Shown here: piece after piece, positions 11,185 through 21,010 of the stretch | Layout of the letters: each line of letters begins with the position of its first letter | Position numbering within the stretch: position 1 is the first letter of the stretch | From: Thermodesulfobacteriota bacterium | GTDB lineage: Bacteria > Desulfobacterota > QYQD01 | Assembly: GCA_040755415.1 (NCBI GenBank) | Contig: JBFMAZ010000098.1 | Location: forward strand, 2,160 to 66,159 | Direction: 5' to 3' | DNA: 64,000 nucleotides | Translations under genes and position numbers: made by a program | Notes under the pieces: model-generated | Database searches by the model: none | What the model saw: the letters and a program-made list of their open reading frames with translations, nothing else | Told to the model about the DNA's origin: nothing

Positions 11185-11346
11185 TTGATTCTCATCCGGG
11201 AATCTCTATATTCCCTCCCCCTTTGACGGGGGAGGGCTAGGGTGGGGGTGAAAAAGATTGTGTAATTTCAGACTGTTCACCCTCCCCCTGACCCCCTCCC
11301 ATCGAGGGAGGGGGGAGTTTTTGGGGGCTTTTCGGATGAGCACTAA
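11183..11346. mobile_element. MITE-like element (CTCATCCG termini) with CCCTCCCCC hairpins
   Basis: Imperfect TIRs ttctcatccgggaa/ttttcggatgagcact; near-identical copy at 36276-36438. Confidence 0.75.
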
Positions 11347-14273
11347 CCCAGGGCGTCCTGTATTACCCGCATTATCTTTTCATAATCAAAGGGCTTGGAT
11401 ACGAGGAAGTCCACGCCGTCATCCTTTAAGGTCTCGGAATCAAGCTGCGCTCCCCAGCCGGTGATCATTATTGTTGGTATATCAGGCCGCAGGTCCTTTA
11501 TCTTCCTGGTCAAAACCCGACCGGACATGCCGGGCATACCCAAATCGGTCATAAGCAGATCAAACCGGCCTCTCTGAAAAAGCTCTATCCCTGATTCGCC
11601 ATTTGTGGCCGTAACCACCCGGTGGCCGACACGGCCCAGGAGCTTATCTAGCACTGTCAAAACCTCTTCATCGTCATCCACGATCAGGATATCTGCCTGT
11701 TTCATAGAAAAATCGGTAGAGAGATCGGCCTTCTTTTCTCCTTTTAACTTAGCGATAGGGAAATGAAGAATAAATTCTGTCCCCCGGCCTTCTTCGCTTT
11801 CTACTTCTATCTCCCCGCCATGCCTGGTTATGGTACCATAAGAAACGCTTAAACCCAGGCCCATGCCTTTCTTCCCCTTGGTGGTGAAAAATGGGTCAAA
11901 TATCTTCTCCTTAACCTCCGCGGACAGGCCGCAGCCGGTGTCAGCAAGGCGAATCTCTACGCGCTCATTATGTATGCCGGTTCGAATGGTTATCTTCCCG
12001 CCTGTGGCCATAGCATCCACTGCATTGAAAATGAGATTGGTGAAGACGTCCTTAAGCGCCGAGGGGTTGCCCATTACAGGCCCTATCTCACCTAACTCTG
12101 TCTCCAGATCGATATTTATGCCTTCCACCAACGGCTTTTCTTTCCAGTGGGGACGGGTAAGCTGGACCACGTCCTGGATAAGCTCATTAATATTGATAGG
12201 GACAAAGTCTTCGTCCTTGCGAATACGTGTAAATTCCTGCAACCGTTTAATTGTATCCGAGGCCGCCCTGGCCCCCTTTTCTATGGCCCTGAGCCTCTCC
12301 CGCAGAACGGGTTCGTCGATTTGTAATAACAAGATCTGGGCGTTGCCTAAAATAGACATGATGACGTTATTGAAATCATGGGCTATGCCCGAAGCCATCT
12401 GTCCCAGGGCCTTAAATTTCTCTGATACCACTAGCTGATCCTGTGTGGACTTAAGTTCTTCAAAGGCCCGGTGCAGCTCCTCGTACAACCTGGTATTCTC
12501 AAGGGAGATGGCCAGGGGTGAGGCCAGACCATCCAAAAATGCCTTGTCATCCGCTGTAAAATCCTCTTCTCCTTCTTTATTGAAGATACAGAGCATCCCC
12601 ATAACCTTACTCTTACAGACAAGCGGTACCGCAATAAGAGAATTAATCTTCTTGCCGGTAACATCCATGTCCAGCTCAGACAGCCCCTTGGGATAAATAA
12701 CTGTTTTCCCGTCCTTAAAAGCTGCCTGAAAGACTGTGGCGGCCATAAATTTTTCTTTTAATTCCTCTACCTTTTCATCCAGCGTTGAAGTCCTGGCCAG
12801 GATATTTGTCTGGCCTTCCGGGCCGACTGAAACAATAAAGCCGGCCTGTGCCTTTATGAAACGGCAAATGCGGTCTAAGATAACACCCAGGACATCCTGG
12901 AAATCAAGTATAGATCCCAAATTAAGAGAAAAATCATAAAGAGTTCTGTAACGCTCCTCTGACTTTTCCAGCTCGCGCGTCCTCTCTTCTACACGGTTTT
13001 CAAGGCTCTGATGATATTCCTCCGCCTGCTTTTTAAACTCACCGAGGCTGCGGGCCATCTGATTAAAATTTTCCGCCAACTCCCCGATCTCGTCTCGCGA
13101 CGGGACACTGACCCGCTCTCCAAATCGCCCTTCCGCAATCGCTTTAGAGGCCTTAGTTATGGTCAGAATGGGCTGGGCAATACTCCGGCCTACCCTAATG
13201 GTGGTAAGCACAATACCTCCACCAACCAGGAGCATAATGCCCGCAAACCAATACCTGAGTGTACGGATCCGGCCAAAGATCTCTTTTTCATTGGCTTCGA
13301 TAAATAATCTCCACCCGAGCCCTTTAAAATCCTCAAACCCTGCCGAACTGGCATAGGCTGCGGTTTTAGCCAGGCCGCCTCTGGAATAGCGGAAAAGTCC
13401 ATAAGTGTCAGCCAAACCCTTGCCCGAATCAATGCTGATGCCATCGCGTTTCAGGCTTTTGCCTACCAGTTTTATTTCGGCATCGCCAATTACTATGTCG
13501 CCGTCAGCCTTTGTCAGAAAAACGCAATTGGAACCCATTCCTGATTGTAAAAAGTTACTATGCACATTTTCCATCACCCGTTGAAATGGCTGCCATGAAA
13601 GGCGGGCCAGCAAGAAACCAATGATCCTGGGTTGTCCGGCCTTTGGTATGGGTCTGGAAAGGAGCTTGCGGGTCAGGCCAGCCAGGCTATAGGACTGAGA
13701 TGTAGAAATAACCGGGACAGCTATATTTAATCCATATCCACCGTCCCTATAAATAGCATCTCCAATAGGCGAGGCATCCCAATCTTCTACCACCAGACCC
13801 TGCATGGGCGCCTTTTTAAACCAGGCTTCTTCTCTAAAATTATGCCCCTGTATTATGGAAAGCGTCCGGGAGGGGATAGGGCGACCAAGCCTGTCTATGG
13901 TATTTGTGGCCAGAAGGCGGCCCTGCCTGTCCAGAACGACTAAGAAATCATAAAACCGGTGATCCAAGGTCTGCTGGTCCAGAAAACGGATTAATTCTTC
14001 CCTTTTATTGTTCTCAAGTGCAAACTTGATGGTAGGCGATGGCGCTAGTGTCCTGACGTCCACCATGCGCTCAAAGATTATGTGATCGATGCTCTGGATG
14101 GTATTGCGTGCCGTTGCCTGCAACTGTTCGCCGATCTCTTTTTGCAGGGCGCTCCGGGTGCTAAAGTAGGCCATCGCTCCAACAATAATAAGGGGAATAA
14201 TGGAAAGGAGCAGAAACCAGAAAAGTAGTTTCCGGCGAAGGGGAGAATACGGTAACGTCTTGATGCCCATCAA
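11343..14273 (-). CDS. Hybrid sensor histidine kinase (Cache-like, HAMP, GAF, HisKA, HATPase, REC)
   Basis: Two TM segments, HAMP (DEIGELAENFN), GIAHDFNN, PFFTTK, GLGL, C-terminal receiver domain. Confidence 0.92.
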   Translation of the reverse strand: MMGIKTLPYSPLRRKLLFWFLLLSIIPLIIVGAMAYFSTRSALQKEIGEQLQATARNTIQSIDHIIFERMVDVRTLAPSPTIKFALENNKREELIRFLDQQTLDHRFYDFLVVLDRQGRLLATNTIDRLGRPIPSRTLSIIQGHNFREEAWFKKAPMQGLVVEDWDASPIGDAIYRDGGYGLNIAVPVISTSQSYSLAGLTRKLLSRPIPKAGQPRIIGFLLARLSWQPFQRVMENVHSNFLQSGMGSNCVFLTKADGDIVIGDAEIKLVGKSLKRDGISIDSGKGLADTYGLFRYSRGGLAKTAAYASSAGFEDFKGLGWRLFIEANEKEIFGRIRTLRYWFAGIMLLVGGGIVLTTIRVGRSIAQPILTITKASKAIAEGRFGERVSVPSRDEIGELAENFNQMARSLGEFKKQAEEYHQSLENRVEERTRELEKSEERYRTLYDFSLNLGSILDFQDVLGVILDRICRFIKAQAGFIVSVGPEGQTNILARTSTLDEKVEELKEKFMAATVFQAAFKDGKTVIYPKGLSELDMDVTGKKINSLIAVPLVCKSKVMGMLCIFNKEGEEDFTADDKAFLDGLASPLAISLENTRLYEELHRAFEELKSTQDQLVVSEKFKALGQMASGIAHDFNNVIMSILGNAQILLLQIDEPVLRERLRAIEKGARAASDTIKRLQEFTRIRKDEDFVPININELIQDVVQLTRPHWKEKPLVEGINIDLETELGEIGPVMGNPSALKDVFTNLIFNAVDAMATGGKITIRTGIHNERVEIRLADTGCGLSAEVKEKIFDPFFTTKGKKGMGLGLSVSYGTITRHGGEIEVESEEGRGTEFILHFPIAKLKGEKKADLSTDFSMKQADILIVDDDEEVLTVLDKLLGRVGHRVVTATNGESGIELFQRGRFDLLMTDLGMPGMSGRVLTRKIKDLRPDIPTIMITGWGAQLDSETLKDDGVDFLVSKPFDYEKIMRVIQDALG

Positions 14274-14343
14274 TCCAGCCCGTTTTTTATCCTATTATGA
14301 CAGATGATTACCCCGGCCACAAGCAGATTAAAAAACCAAAATA

Positions 14344-14619
14344 CACCGCCTATTTTCGTACGAGTTAGCTCCTGACTGTAAACACACCATGGTTGCTGTG
14401 CAGCGTTATTTCAAATCCGAAATCCGAAGCACGAATCTCGAAACAATATCGAATCACCAAAATTCAAATCCAAAATTATCAGCGTTACTGTCGTTTGGAA
14501 CATTGGGAATTTGGACATTTGAATTTGTTTCGGATTTCGATATTCGATATTTGGATTTGAACCCGGCTGCCTGGTAATCGGAGATCACCCATTGCTCTCT
14601 GTCAATAGTTTGAAGGTGG
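14344..14619. repeat. About 277-bp dispersed repeat, copy 1
   Basis: Nearly identical to 52422-52698; contains a heptamer palindrome core. Confidence 0.9.
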
Positions 14620-14687
14620 TCAAGGAAACCGCTTGCAAAATATGCTTGCCATGTGCCCATATCTGGCATAAGTTAACAGTAACTACC

Positions 14688-14795
14688 CAAGTTCAAAGTT
14701 CCAGGGTTCACGGTTCAAGGTTAGAGAGCGATGAAGATTGATATGAAAAGCGCAAAGTGGCCAACCGTGAACCCTGAACCGTGAACCCTGAACCT
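14688..14795. repeat. Inverted heptamer arrays (GGTTCA./GAACCCT)
   Basis: gttcaaagttccagggttcacggttcaagg ... aaccgtgaaccctgaaccgtgaaccctgaacc. Confidence 0.75.
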
Positions 14796-14843
14796 GATAA
14801 CCTAATTTAAGATATTAATTTGCGGAAGGCAAGAGGACACGAT

Positions 14844-16721
14844 ATGCCGCTTACAGCTACCGACAGGAATCGGGACGCAATCCTCATCTGCAAGGTCATC
14901 TTCGACGTCCTGGATGTGGGAAACGTCCTCGAAGCATTAAAGGCCCGGCCTGATTTCAAGATATTAGAAAAAAAGGAGGGGCGGGGAACCAGCATCCTGT
15001 GGCTAGACAACCCGGTTCGCCCCGACGTCATGCCTTCGGCAGATCGGCCGGGGCGGAAATCTACCTGGGACATGACCAGCCAGCAACCAGGGTCAGACAG
15101 AACACATCTCATAAGCGATGATGGTCAACCATTATTAGGAATTATAACCCTGAACCCCGAGAGACTTATTCTGGAGTGTGTAACCAAAACACAGGCCGCT
15201 ATAGGCCAGGAGATGCTATTAAAAGTTGCCGGGACAAATCTACGCTACCGGATCACCACCTATGAAACACCCATCCGCCCTAATCCTCCCTCACCCCCTG
15301 ACCACCTATCCCCCCATCTGCCGCCTGAATTCTTTAAAAGCTACTTTGAGGTCCGCTGGGTCCATGAAAAAATTCCGGCCTTAAGCGGCCTGACGCCCCT
15401 CCAGTGCGCCCGCAGCAAACGCAAAAAGGAGCGGGACAGATTAGCTGCTCTCCTGGCCACCCTTAAAAAGTCATCGATAGGTCTCTATGATTTCAATCGT
15501 CTTATAGATATCCTGGGGTTCAAAGGACACCCTCTGCTCCGGGAAGAGCATATTACAAGGCAGAGGCTAAAAGAAAAAATAATAACCGTGATCGACAACA
15601 ACCTGCGTTTTACCATGGCTGTTAAGAAAGTGGGGTGGGATACCTCAACCACCCTGACTCAAAGGCTGGCTGAAGTAAATATTATGCTACAAGGCCTTGT
15701 TTACTTCCTGGAGCAGGGTAAGCGGACAAAAACAGAGCTAACCGCTTTAACCAGGACACTGGGACAGATAGAAGAAATGGCGCAAATTCTACAGACAGAG
15801 ACCTTATCCGGCAACCTGCACAGGAAAACAGTTGAAGAGTTAATCGGTGACCCTAATTGGGATCACCGCCAGGTCATTACCACAGAGGTGGTTGATACCG
15901 TCACCCGGGAAATTGAGAAAGTCTGGCGTGAAAAGATTGAACAAAAACCTATTAGCCCGCATACCTCGTTTACCACCGCGCTGAATAATATACCGGCCCT
16001 GTGGGTGGCCGCCATCCAGGAAAATCTTGATCTCCCCCGGGAAACCACAAAAAGAAAGAATGTTAAAATTATTGTGGAGAATCTCTCCCATCCTAAGATA
16101 TTAAATAAGATTGTAGATAAATTGACTAGGCTGTCCATACCCGCGGTAAAGGCGTTAAAAACGATTTATATCCACGGCGGTATTTATCCTTATGACAAAC
16201 TAATCCACCTCGTTAGCAGTGAAACACCCATCTGCCTGCAGCGGACAAAGGGCGAAGAAGATAATCTACCAAATCCCCCCCACCCCCCCTTTCCTAAAGG
16301 GGGGTATCCGTTAAGTCCCCCTTCAGAGAAATGGAGACATCCGTTACCCTCCCTTTTGGGAAAAGACGGGGTCCCAGTAATTCCCCCTTTGAAAAAGGGC
16401 CCCCCCTACATTCCCCCTTTGGAAAAGGGCCCCCCCTACATTCCCCCTTTGGAAAAGGGCCCCCCCTACATTCCCCCTTTGGAAAAGGGCCCCCCCTACA
16501 TTCCCCCTTTGGAAAAGGGGGATACAGGGGGATTTTTAGGTGAAGAAACAGACGGATACTTCTGGGATAAAAGAAAACCGTCCTCCCCCCTGGGTCTCTT
16601 GCGGTCGCACGGCCTCCTCTTCGTTGGCCAGTCTAAAAAAGAGGGCACCTATTATAAAATTGCCGTCATCCCCGCGGAGATCAGGCAAAACCTCTCTTTT
16701 TTGGAGGGGATACTTCTATGA
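14844..16721 (+). CDS. Hypothetical protein with an MbcA/ParS-C-like motif and an in-frame repeat insertion
   Basis: Long ORF with SD gagga; WVHEKIPALSGLTP motif; PPYIPPLEKG tandem repeats. Confidence 0.7.
   Translation: MPLTATDRNRDAILICKVIFDVLDVGNVLEALKARPDFKILEKKEGRGTSILWLDNPVRPDVMPSADRPGRKSTWDMTSQQPGSDRTHLISDDGQPLLGIITLNPERLILECVTKTQAAIGQEMLLKVAGTNLRYRITTYETPIRPNPPSPPDHLSPHLPPEFFKSYFEVRWVHEKIPALSGLTPLQCARSKRKKERDRLAALLATLKKSSIGLYDFNRLIDILGFKGHPLLREEHITRQRLKEKIITVIDNNLRFTMAVKKVGWDTSTTLTQRLAEVNIMLQGLVYFLEQGKRTKTELTALTRTLGQIEEMAQILQTETLSGNLHRKTVEELIGDPNWDHRQVITTEVVDTVTREIEKVWREKIEQKPISPHTSFTTALNNIPALWVAAIQENLDLPRETTKRKNVKIIVENLSHPKILNKIVDKLTRLSIPAVKALKTIYIHGGIYPYDKLIHLVSSETPICLQRTKGEEDNLPNPPHPPFPKGGYPLSPPSEKWRHPLPSLLGKDGVPVIPPLKKGPPYIPPLEKGPPYIPPLEKGPPYIPPLEKGPPYIPPLEKGDTGGFLGEETDGYFWDKRKPSSPLGLLRSHGLLFVGQSKKEGTYYKIAVIPAEIRQNLSFLEGILL
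16270..16536. repeat. CCCCTTT..AAAGGGG hairpin array with 30-bp tandem repeats inside the CDS
   Basis: Unit CCCCCCTACATTCCCCCTTTGGAAAAGGG(C) repeated about 4.5 times, no spacers. Confidence 0.9.
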
Positions 16722-16851
16722 TGAATTTGTAAAAAGTCTGAAAAAGCCCTTTTCTGTCATTCCTGCGAAAGCAGGAATCCAGTCCTTTCAAATAGTTAGC
16801 ACTCGCTGGATTCCCGTTTTCACGGGAATGACGACTTGTTACGAGATCATC
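16720..16851. mobile_element. MITE (GATG..GTAAAAAGTC termini) with GTCATTCC..GGAATGAC cargo
   Basis: TIR gatgaatttgtaaaaagtc/gacttgttacgagatcatc; 8-bp TSD ACTTCTAT. Confidence 0.85.
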
Positions 16852-16855
16852 ACTT

Positions 16856-17848
16856 CTATAGCCGGTATAAAGCCAGCGCATCAGATGGCGCAGGCACGGC
16901 CTTGATTGTTTCGCACCCATCCCCCCGGATGGAAACCTGCACCTCTGGTTTTCCCCTTAACCGGCTATAACCAGCCACAATACCGGCGGCCAGAGACCTA
17001 TCGGAAAAGGAAGAGGCCCCGCGCAATAGGCCGGTCGGCCCTGCTCCACCGGTTATATTCATTAACAGATCACCCGGTCGAAAGAGGCCTTTAATTTCTT
17101 TATTCTCGGCCTCGTTTCTACCCACAATCAACCAACTCTTCCCCGGCAAAAGGAAATGTCGTCCGACTTGCATGAGAAGGCAGGCATTTCCCGTAATCAC
17201 CGGTATGGCCCCAAAAAGATTCTTAATCCGCCGGGACAAAGCCGGGTCCGTGAGTACACACCCACCGGCTGGTGAAGGGTAGTCATGGATACCCAGCTCA
17301 CGGGCCAGGGCCATCTGTTCTTTCCGCCCCCGGCCGCTTATGCCCAGAAGCCTGGTGCGATCCACCAACCCCTCTTCTTCCATCCGGGTAGGCGGGAGCT
17401 TTAATGCACTAAGCGGACGCAAGAGCAGGCCTGTAACCGAGGCATCCCTTTCTACTATGCGGAGTGTATCCCGGCGTTGGGACATGGGCCGCTGCCCCAG
17501 GACCTCTCCGCTCATCAAAAAAGAGGCCCCTCGCGAAGCCAATTCCCTCCTCGCCCTTGTCAGCAGCAGGATTTTACAGTCCACACAGGGGTTAAAACAG
17601 CGTCCATAGCCGTGGGGTGGATCTTTTAAGACCTCTATGAAACTTTCCCCGACATCTATTACAGAAAGCCTTATACCATAATGTCTCCAGATCTCTTCAG
17701 GATATGACTCCCTGTCCTTCCTGCGGCCAAAGAAAGGGGAGACAAAATGTAGGGCCTCGACCTCTATACCCTGCTGCTCCATTAACTTACAGGCCAATAT
17801 GCTGTCCAGCCCGCCGGAAAAGAGGGCCAGGGCCTTTACCTTGGTCAA
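16856..17848 (-). CDS. ThiI/MnmA-like PP-loop tRNA sulfurtransferase (DUF814-type C-terminus)
   Basis: SGGLDS PP-loop, NPCVDCK, GEVLGQRPMSQ, PAGGC. Confidence 0.82.
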   Translation of the reverse strand: MTKVKALALFSGGLDSILACKLMEQQGIEVEALHFVSPFFGRRKDRESYPEEIWRHYGIRLSVIDVGESFIEVLKDPPHGYGRCFNPCVDCKILLLTRARRELASRGASFLMSGEVLGQRPMSQRRDTLRIVERDASVTGLLLRPLSALKLPPTRMEEEGLVDRTRLLGISGRGRKEQMALARELGIHDYPSPAGGCVLTDPALSRRIKNLFGAIPVITGNACLLMQVGRHFLLPGKSWLIVGRNEAENKEIKGLFRPGDLLMNITGGAGPTGLLRGASSFSDRSLAAGIVAGYSRLRGKPEVQVSIRGDGCETIKAVPAPSDALALYRL

Positions 17849-17853
17849 AAACC

Positions 17854-19533
17854 CTATCTCCTTCGCCGCTCTATCATTTCCCGGGCATGCGCCCTGGTCT
17901 TTTCGGAAATCTCTACACCACCCAGCATCCGCGCTATCTCTTCCACGCGCTCCTCCCCTGAGAGTTCTTTGACTGTAGTCTCGCTGCGGGTTCCCTTGTG
18001 CGACTTATCTACCCGGTAGTGCCTGTCTGCAAAACAGGCAATCTGTGGCAGATGGGTAATACAGATCACCTGATGGCGTTCGGCCAGATCCTCCAGCTTA
18101 CGCCCCACGACCTCGGCCACGGCCCCGCCTATACCGGCGTCAACCTCGTCAAAAATGGTGGTTTCTACCCCGTCCCTTCCTGTCAGGACGCTCTTCAGGG
18201 CCAACGTGATACGGGAAAGCTCTCCGCCGGAGGCAATCTGCGCCAGTGGTTTCAAATCTTCGCCGACATTCGGGGCAATGAGAAACTGGACTTCATCGAT
18301 ACCATTTTCTGAAAGTATATCCCTTACCTCTTCCTTAAGCGGACTGAAATCAACCATAAATCTGGTACGGGGCATGTGGAGCGATTCCAGCTCCCGGCAG
18401 ACTGCCTCTGCCAATTGTGCAGCCGCGGCCTTACGCTTAGAAGACAAATCCAGCGCCCGCCGGATGACTTCTTCTTCGGCCCTGGCTACGGATGCCTCGA
18501 GGCCGGCAAGCTCCTCTTGCCTTCCTTCTAAACCGGCCAGCTCCTGTTCCATTTCAGCGCTCAGGGCCAGGATTTTCTGAATGTCTCCGCCGTATTTCTT
18601 CCTAAGCCTGGACAACTCCTGTAATCTATCTTCAAGGGCCTCCAGTCTCCTTGGGTCACTGTTGATTTTCTGCAGATAATCTCTCAAGCGTAAGGCTATA
18701 TCCTCTACCTGGAAAAAGGCGGCGTCCAGGGCCTCCACAAGCGGAGCCAGGGAACTATCGATCCCGGCCAGCGACTGACCCAGTGTCCTGGACTCGCTGA
18801 GCTTTTCGGTCACCGCACCGGATGAGGCATACAGCAAATCATAGGCACGCCGGGCCCCCTCGCGCAATTTTTCCGCCGAAGCCAATAAAGACTTCTCCTG
18901 AATAAGTTCCTCCTCCTCACCAATCCGTAAATTCGCCTTCCTTATCTCTTGCAACTGAAAGGCTAGAAGGTCCTTACGCGCAGCCGCGGCGTCTTGCTGT
19001 TCAATCAGTTGCCGGCACTGTTCACGAAGCCCCTGCCACTTCCGGTAATCCCTCTGTACCCCCACGCGAAGATATGTAAGTCCCCCGAAGGCATCCAACA
19101 GAAACAGATGATTTTGGGGACGCAAGAGGACTTGATACTCATGCTGCCCGGCAATGGAAATCAGTTCAGTGGCAAGCTGTACAGCCATCTGCAGGGTAGC
19201 GGCCGTTCCATTAATAAAAACCCGCCCTTTGCCGGTACGGGAAATAGTCCGCCGGATAATCAGGGCCTCGTCTTTGTCTATGCCCATGTCTGTTAGCTTC
19301 AGGGCCACCCGGCTGTCCTCCGGATACTCAAAATAAGCCTCTATCCTGGCCTCCTCTTTACCGGTACGTACCAGATGCGGGCCTCCCCGGCCCCCCAGAA
19401 CAAGCTGGATGGCCTGGACGATAATAGACTTGCCAGCGCCGGTCTCGCCAGAGAGGATGTTCAGGCCCGGTCCAAACAAAATCTTGAGGTTATCGATCAG
19501 GGCAAAATCCTGGATGGTAAGTTCAAGCAACAT
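17854..19533 (-). CDS. recN: DNA repair protein RecN
   Basis: GETGAGKS, ASGGELSR, IFDEVDAG, ITHLPQIA. Confidence 0.96.
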   Translation of the reverse strand: MLLELTIQDFALIDNLKILFGPGLNILSGETGAGKSIIVQAIQLVLGGRGGPHLVRTGKEEARIEAYFEYPEDSRVALKLTDMGIDKDEALIIRRTISRTGKGRVFINGTAATLQMAVQLATELISIAGQHEYQVLLRPQNHLFLLDAFGGLTYLRVGVQRDYRKWQGLREQCRQLIEQQDAAAARKDLLAFQLQEIRKANLRIGEEEELIQEKSLLASAEKLREGARRAYDLLYASSGAVTEKLSESRTLGQSLAGIDSSLAPLVEALDAAFFQVEDIALRLRDYLQKINSDPRRLEALEDRLQELSRLRKKYGGDIQKILALSAEMEQELAGLEGRQEELAGLEASVARAEEEVIRRALDLSSKRKAAAAQLAEAVCRELESLHMPRTRFMVDFSPLKEEVRDILSENGIDEVQFLIAPNVGEDLKPLAQIASGGELSRITLALKSVLTGRDGVETTIFDEVDAGIGGAVAEVVGRKLEDLAERHQVICITHLPQIACFADRHYRVDKSHKGTRSETTVKELSGEERVEEIARMLGGVEISEKTRAHAREMIERRRR

Positions 19534-19689
19534 AGATAAAAGGCAGTTTAGTTTTATCCCATCATACATATTTCACTCAAGATTGCAATCCTCTCTCCGC
19601 CTAAATTTTGGAAAATGGGGTTAATTCCCGATAAGATACCTATAGGCATGTCACCGGTCACTGGTCATTAGTCATTGGTCATTAATTAA

Positions 19690-19828
19690 GAGCTTATCCG
19701 TAAATAACTCCCCCCTTTCGTAAAGGGGGGGCAAGGGGGGATTTAAAGTGTCAACCGTGGTCAAATCCCCCTAAATCCCCCTTTGCAAAGAGGGATTTTA
19801 CAAACAACTCTTATTTACGGACAAGTTC
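19690..19828. mobile_element. MITE with GAG termini (IS5/IS1031-like) nested in an AATGACT heptamer palindrome (19656-19877)
   Basis: TIR gagcttatccgtaaataa/ttatttacggacaagttc; apparent 3-bp TAA TSD; CCCCTTT hairpin cargo. Confidence 0.7.
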
Positions 19829-19906
19829 TAAGCCGATGGGTTTTTTACCAGTGACAAATGACTATTGACTAATGACATTCAGTATAGAAAGAAGGCATAG
19901 GGTTAA

Positions 19907-20254
19907 ATGAACGGAAAAGAAAGAAGGCGGGCCCCCAGAAAGGTGGTCAGGCTCGAGATTTATTACTCAACCCCAATGGATATTTTTACCAGCCTCAGCC
20001 AAAACCTGAATGAAGGGGGTATCTTTATCGAAACCGAAAGGCCGGCCCCTATAGGAACAGTGGTTGAGATAAAATTTTATCTCCCCGGTGACCATAAGCC
20101 CATCGAGACGCATGGAGTGGTCGTCTGGTCCACAACCAGTCCCCCGGAAAAAGGCACCGGGCATCCCGGGACAGGAATGGGGATAGAATTTGAAAGTCTA
20201 AACAACCACGATAAAGAACGAATAAATAGATTTATCAGAGACATGAAGAGCTGA
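19907..20254 (+). CDS. PilZ-domain protein (TIGR02266-like)
   Basis: ERRRAPR, NLNEGGIFI, GMGIEF. Confidence 0.88.
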   Translation: MNGKERRRAPRKVVRLEIYYSTPMDIFTSLSQNLNEGGIFIETERPAPIGTVVEIKFYLPGDHKPIETHGVVVWSTTSPPEKGTGHPGTGMGIEFESLNNHDKERINRFIRDMKS

Positions 20255-20403
20255 TAAGAAAAAGTAAGATTTCCCCTCCCCCGGCGGGAGGGGATGAAGG
20301 GGAGGGGGAACCTAAGTGAATGATCTGCTGACTTGTTCACCCTCACCCAACCCTCTCCCGTCAAGGGAGAGGGAGGATTTGACGACTTTTTTACGAAGCC
20401 GTC
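20253..20403. repeat. CCCTCCCC hairpin repeat with GACTTTTTTACGAAGCCGTC end
   Basis: Two GC-rich hairpins between convergent genes. Confidence 0.7.
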
Positions 20404-20848
20404 AAACCTTATATGGATTTACGGTCATAACCGGACAAGGAGCAGATTTTACAACCTGTCCGGCAACGCTTCCAAAGATAGCCTTGTCCAGCCCCTTCCG
20501 TCCGTGGGTGCCCATAACTATTAGATCAATCCCTTCTGTCGTGACTAACTTGTTTATCTCCCCGCTGATGTCTCCAATCAATACACGAGTTTCAAAATTT
20601 TTTAAGCCCTCCAGGTGTTCTTCCACAAAGTTCTGCATATTCTTCTCTGCCCCTCGAGCCACTTCGCCTTCAAAGGCAGCCAGCGAGCTATGTGGGATAT
20701 ACCCAGCATAATGCCCCAATCCCTCAACTACATAAATAAGATACAATTTGGCATTAAACTTCTCAGCAAGGCTAACGGCATAAGGGATGATTTTTTTTGA
20801 ACTCTCTGAAAAATCAACCGGACACAAAATCTTTTTAATCTCTTTCAT
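20402..20848 (-). CDS. Universal stress protein
   Basis: ILCPVDFS, MGTHGRKG, FGSVAGQVVKSAPCPV. Confidence 0.92.
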   Translation of the reverse strand: MKEIKKILCPVDFSESSKKIIPYAVSLAEKFNAKLYLIYVVEGLGHYAGYIPHSSLAAFEGEVARGAEKNMQNFVEEHLEGLKNFETRVLIGDISGEINKLVTTEGIDLIVMGTHGRKGLDKAIFGSVAGQVVKSAPCPVMTVNPYKV

Positions 20849-21010
20849 GGCCGCCTCCATGACGCTGTATGTTAAGATAACTACCTTTATAGGTTATGCT
20901 ATCAATTGCCATTTCCCCTGTCAAGGTAAAAGCCCACTCTATACTACTAACGTTAGATTTCTTGAAATTTTGTCAAGAATGTTGTCATAACATACTAAAG
21001 ATTCGTATAT

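Noticed and set aside
16380-16520. 30-bp repeats as a CRISPR array
   Set aside because: Units are directly tandem with no unique spacers and no cas genes nearby; they belong to the hairpin repeat family
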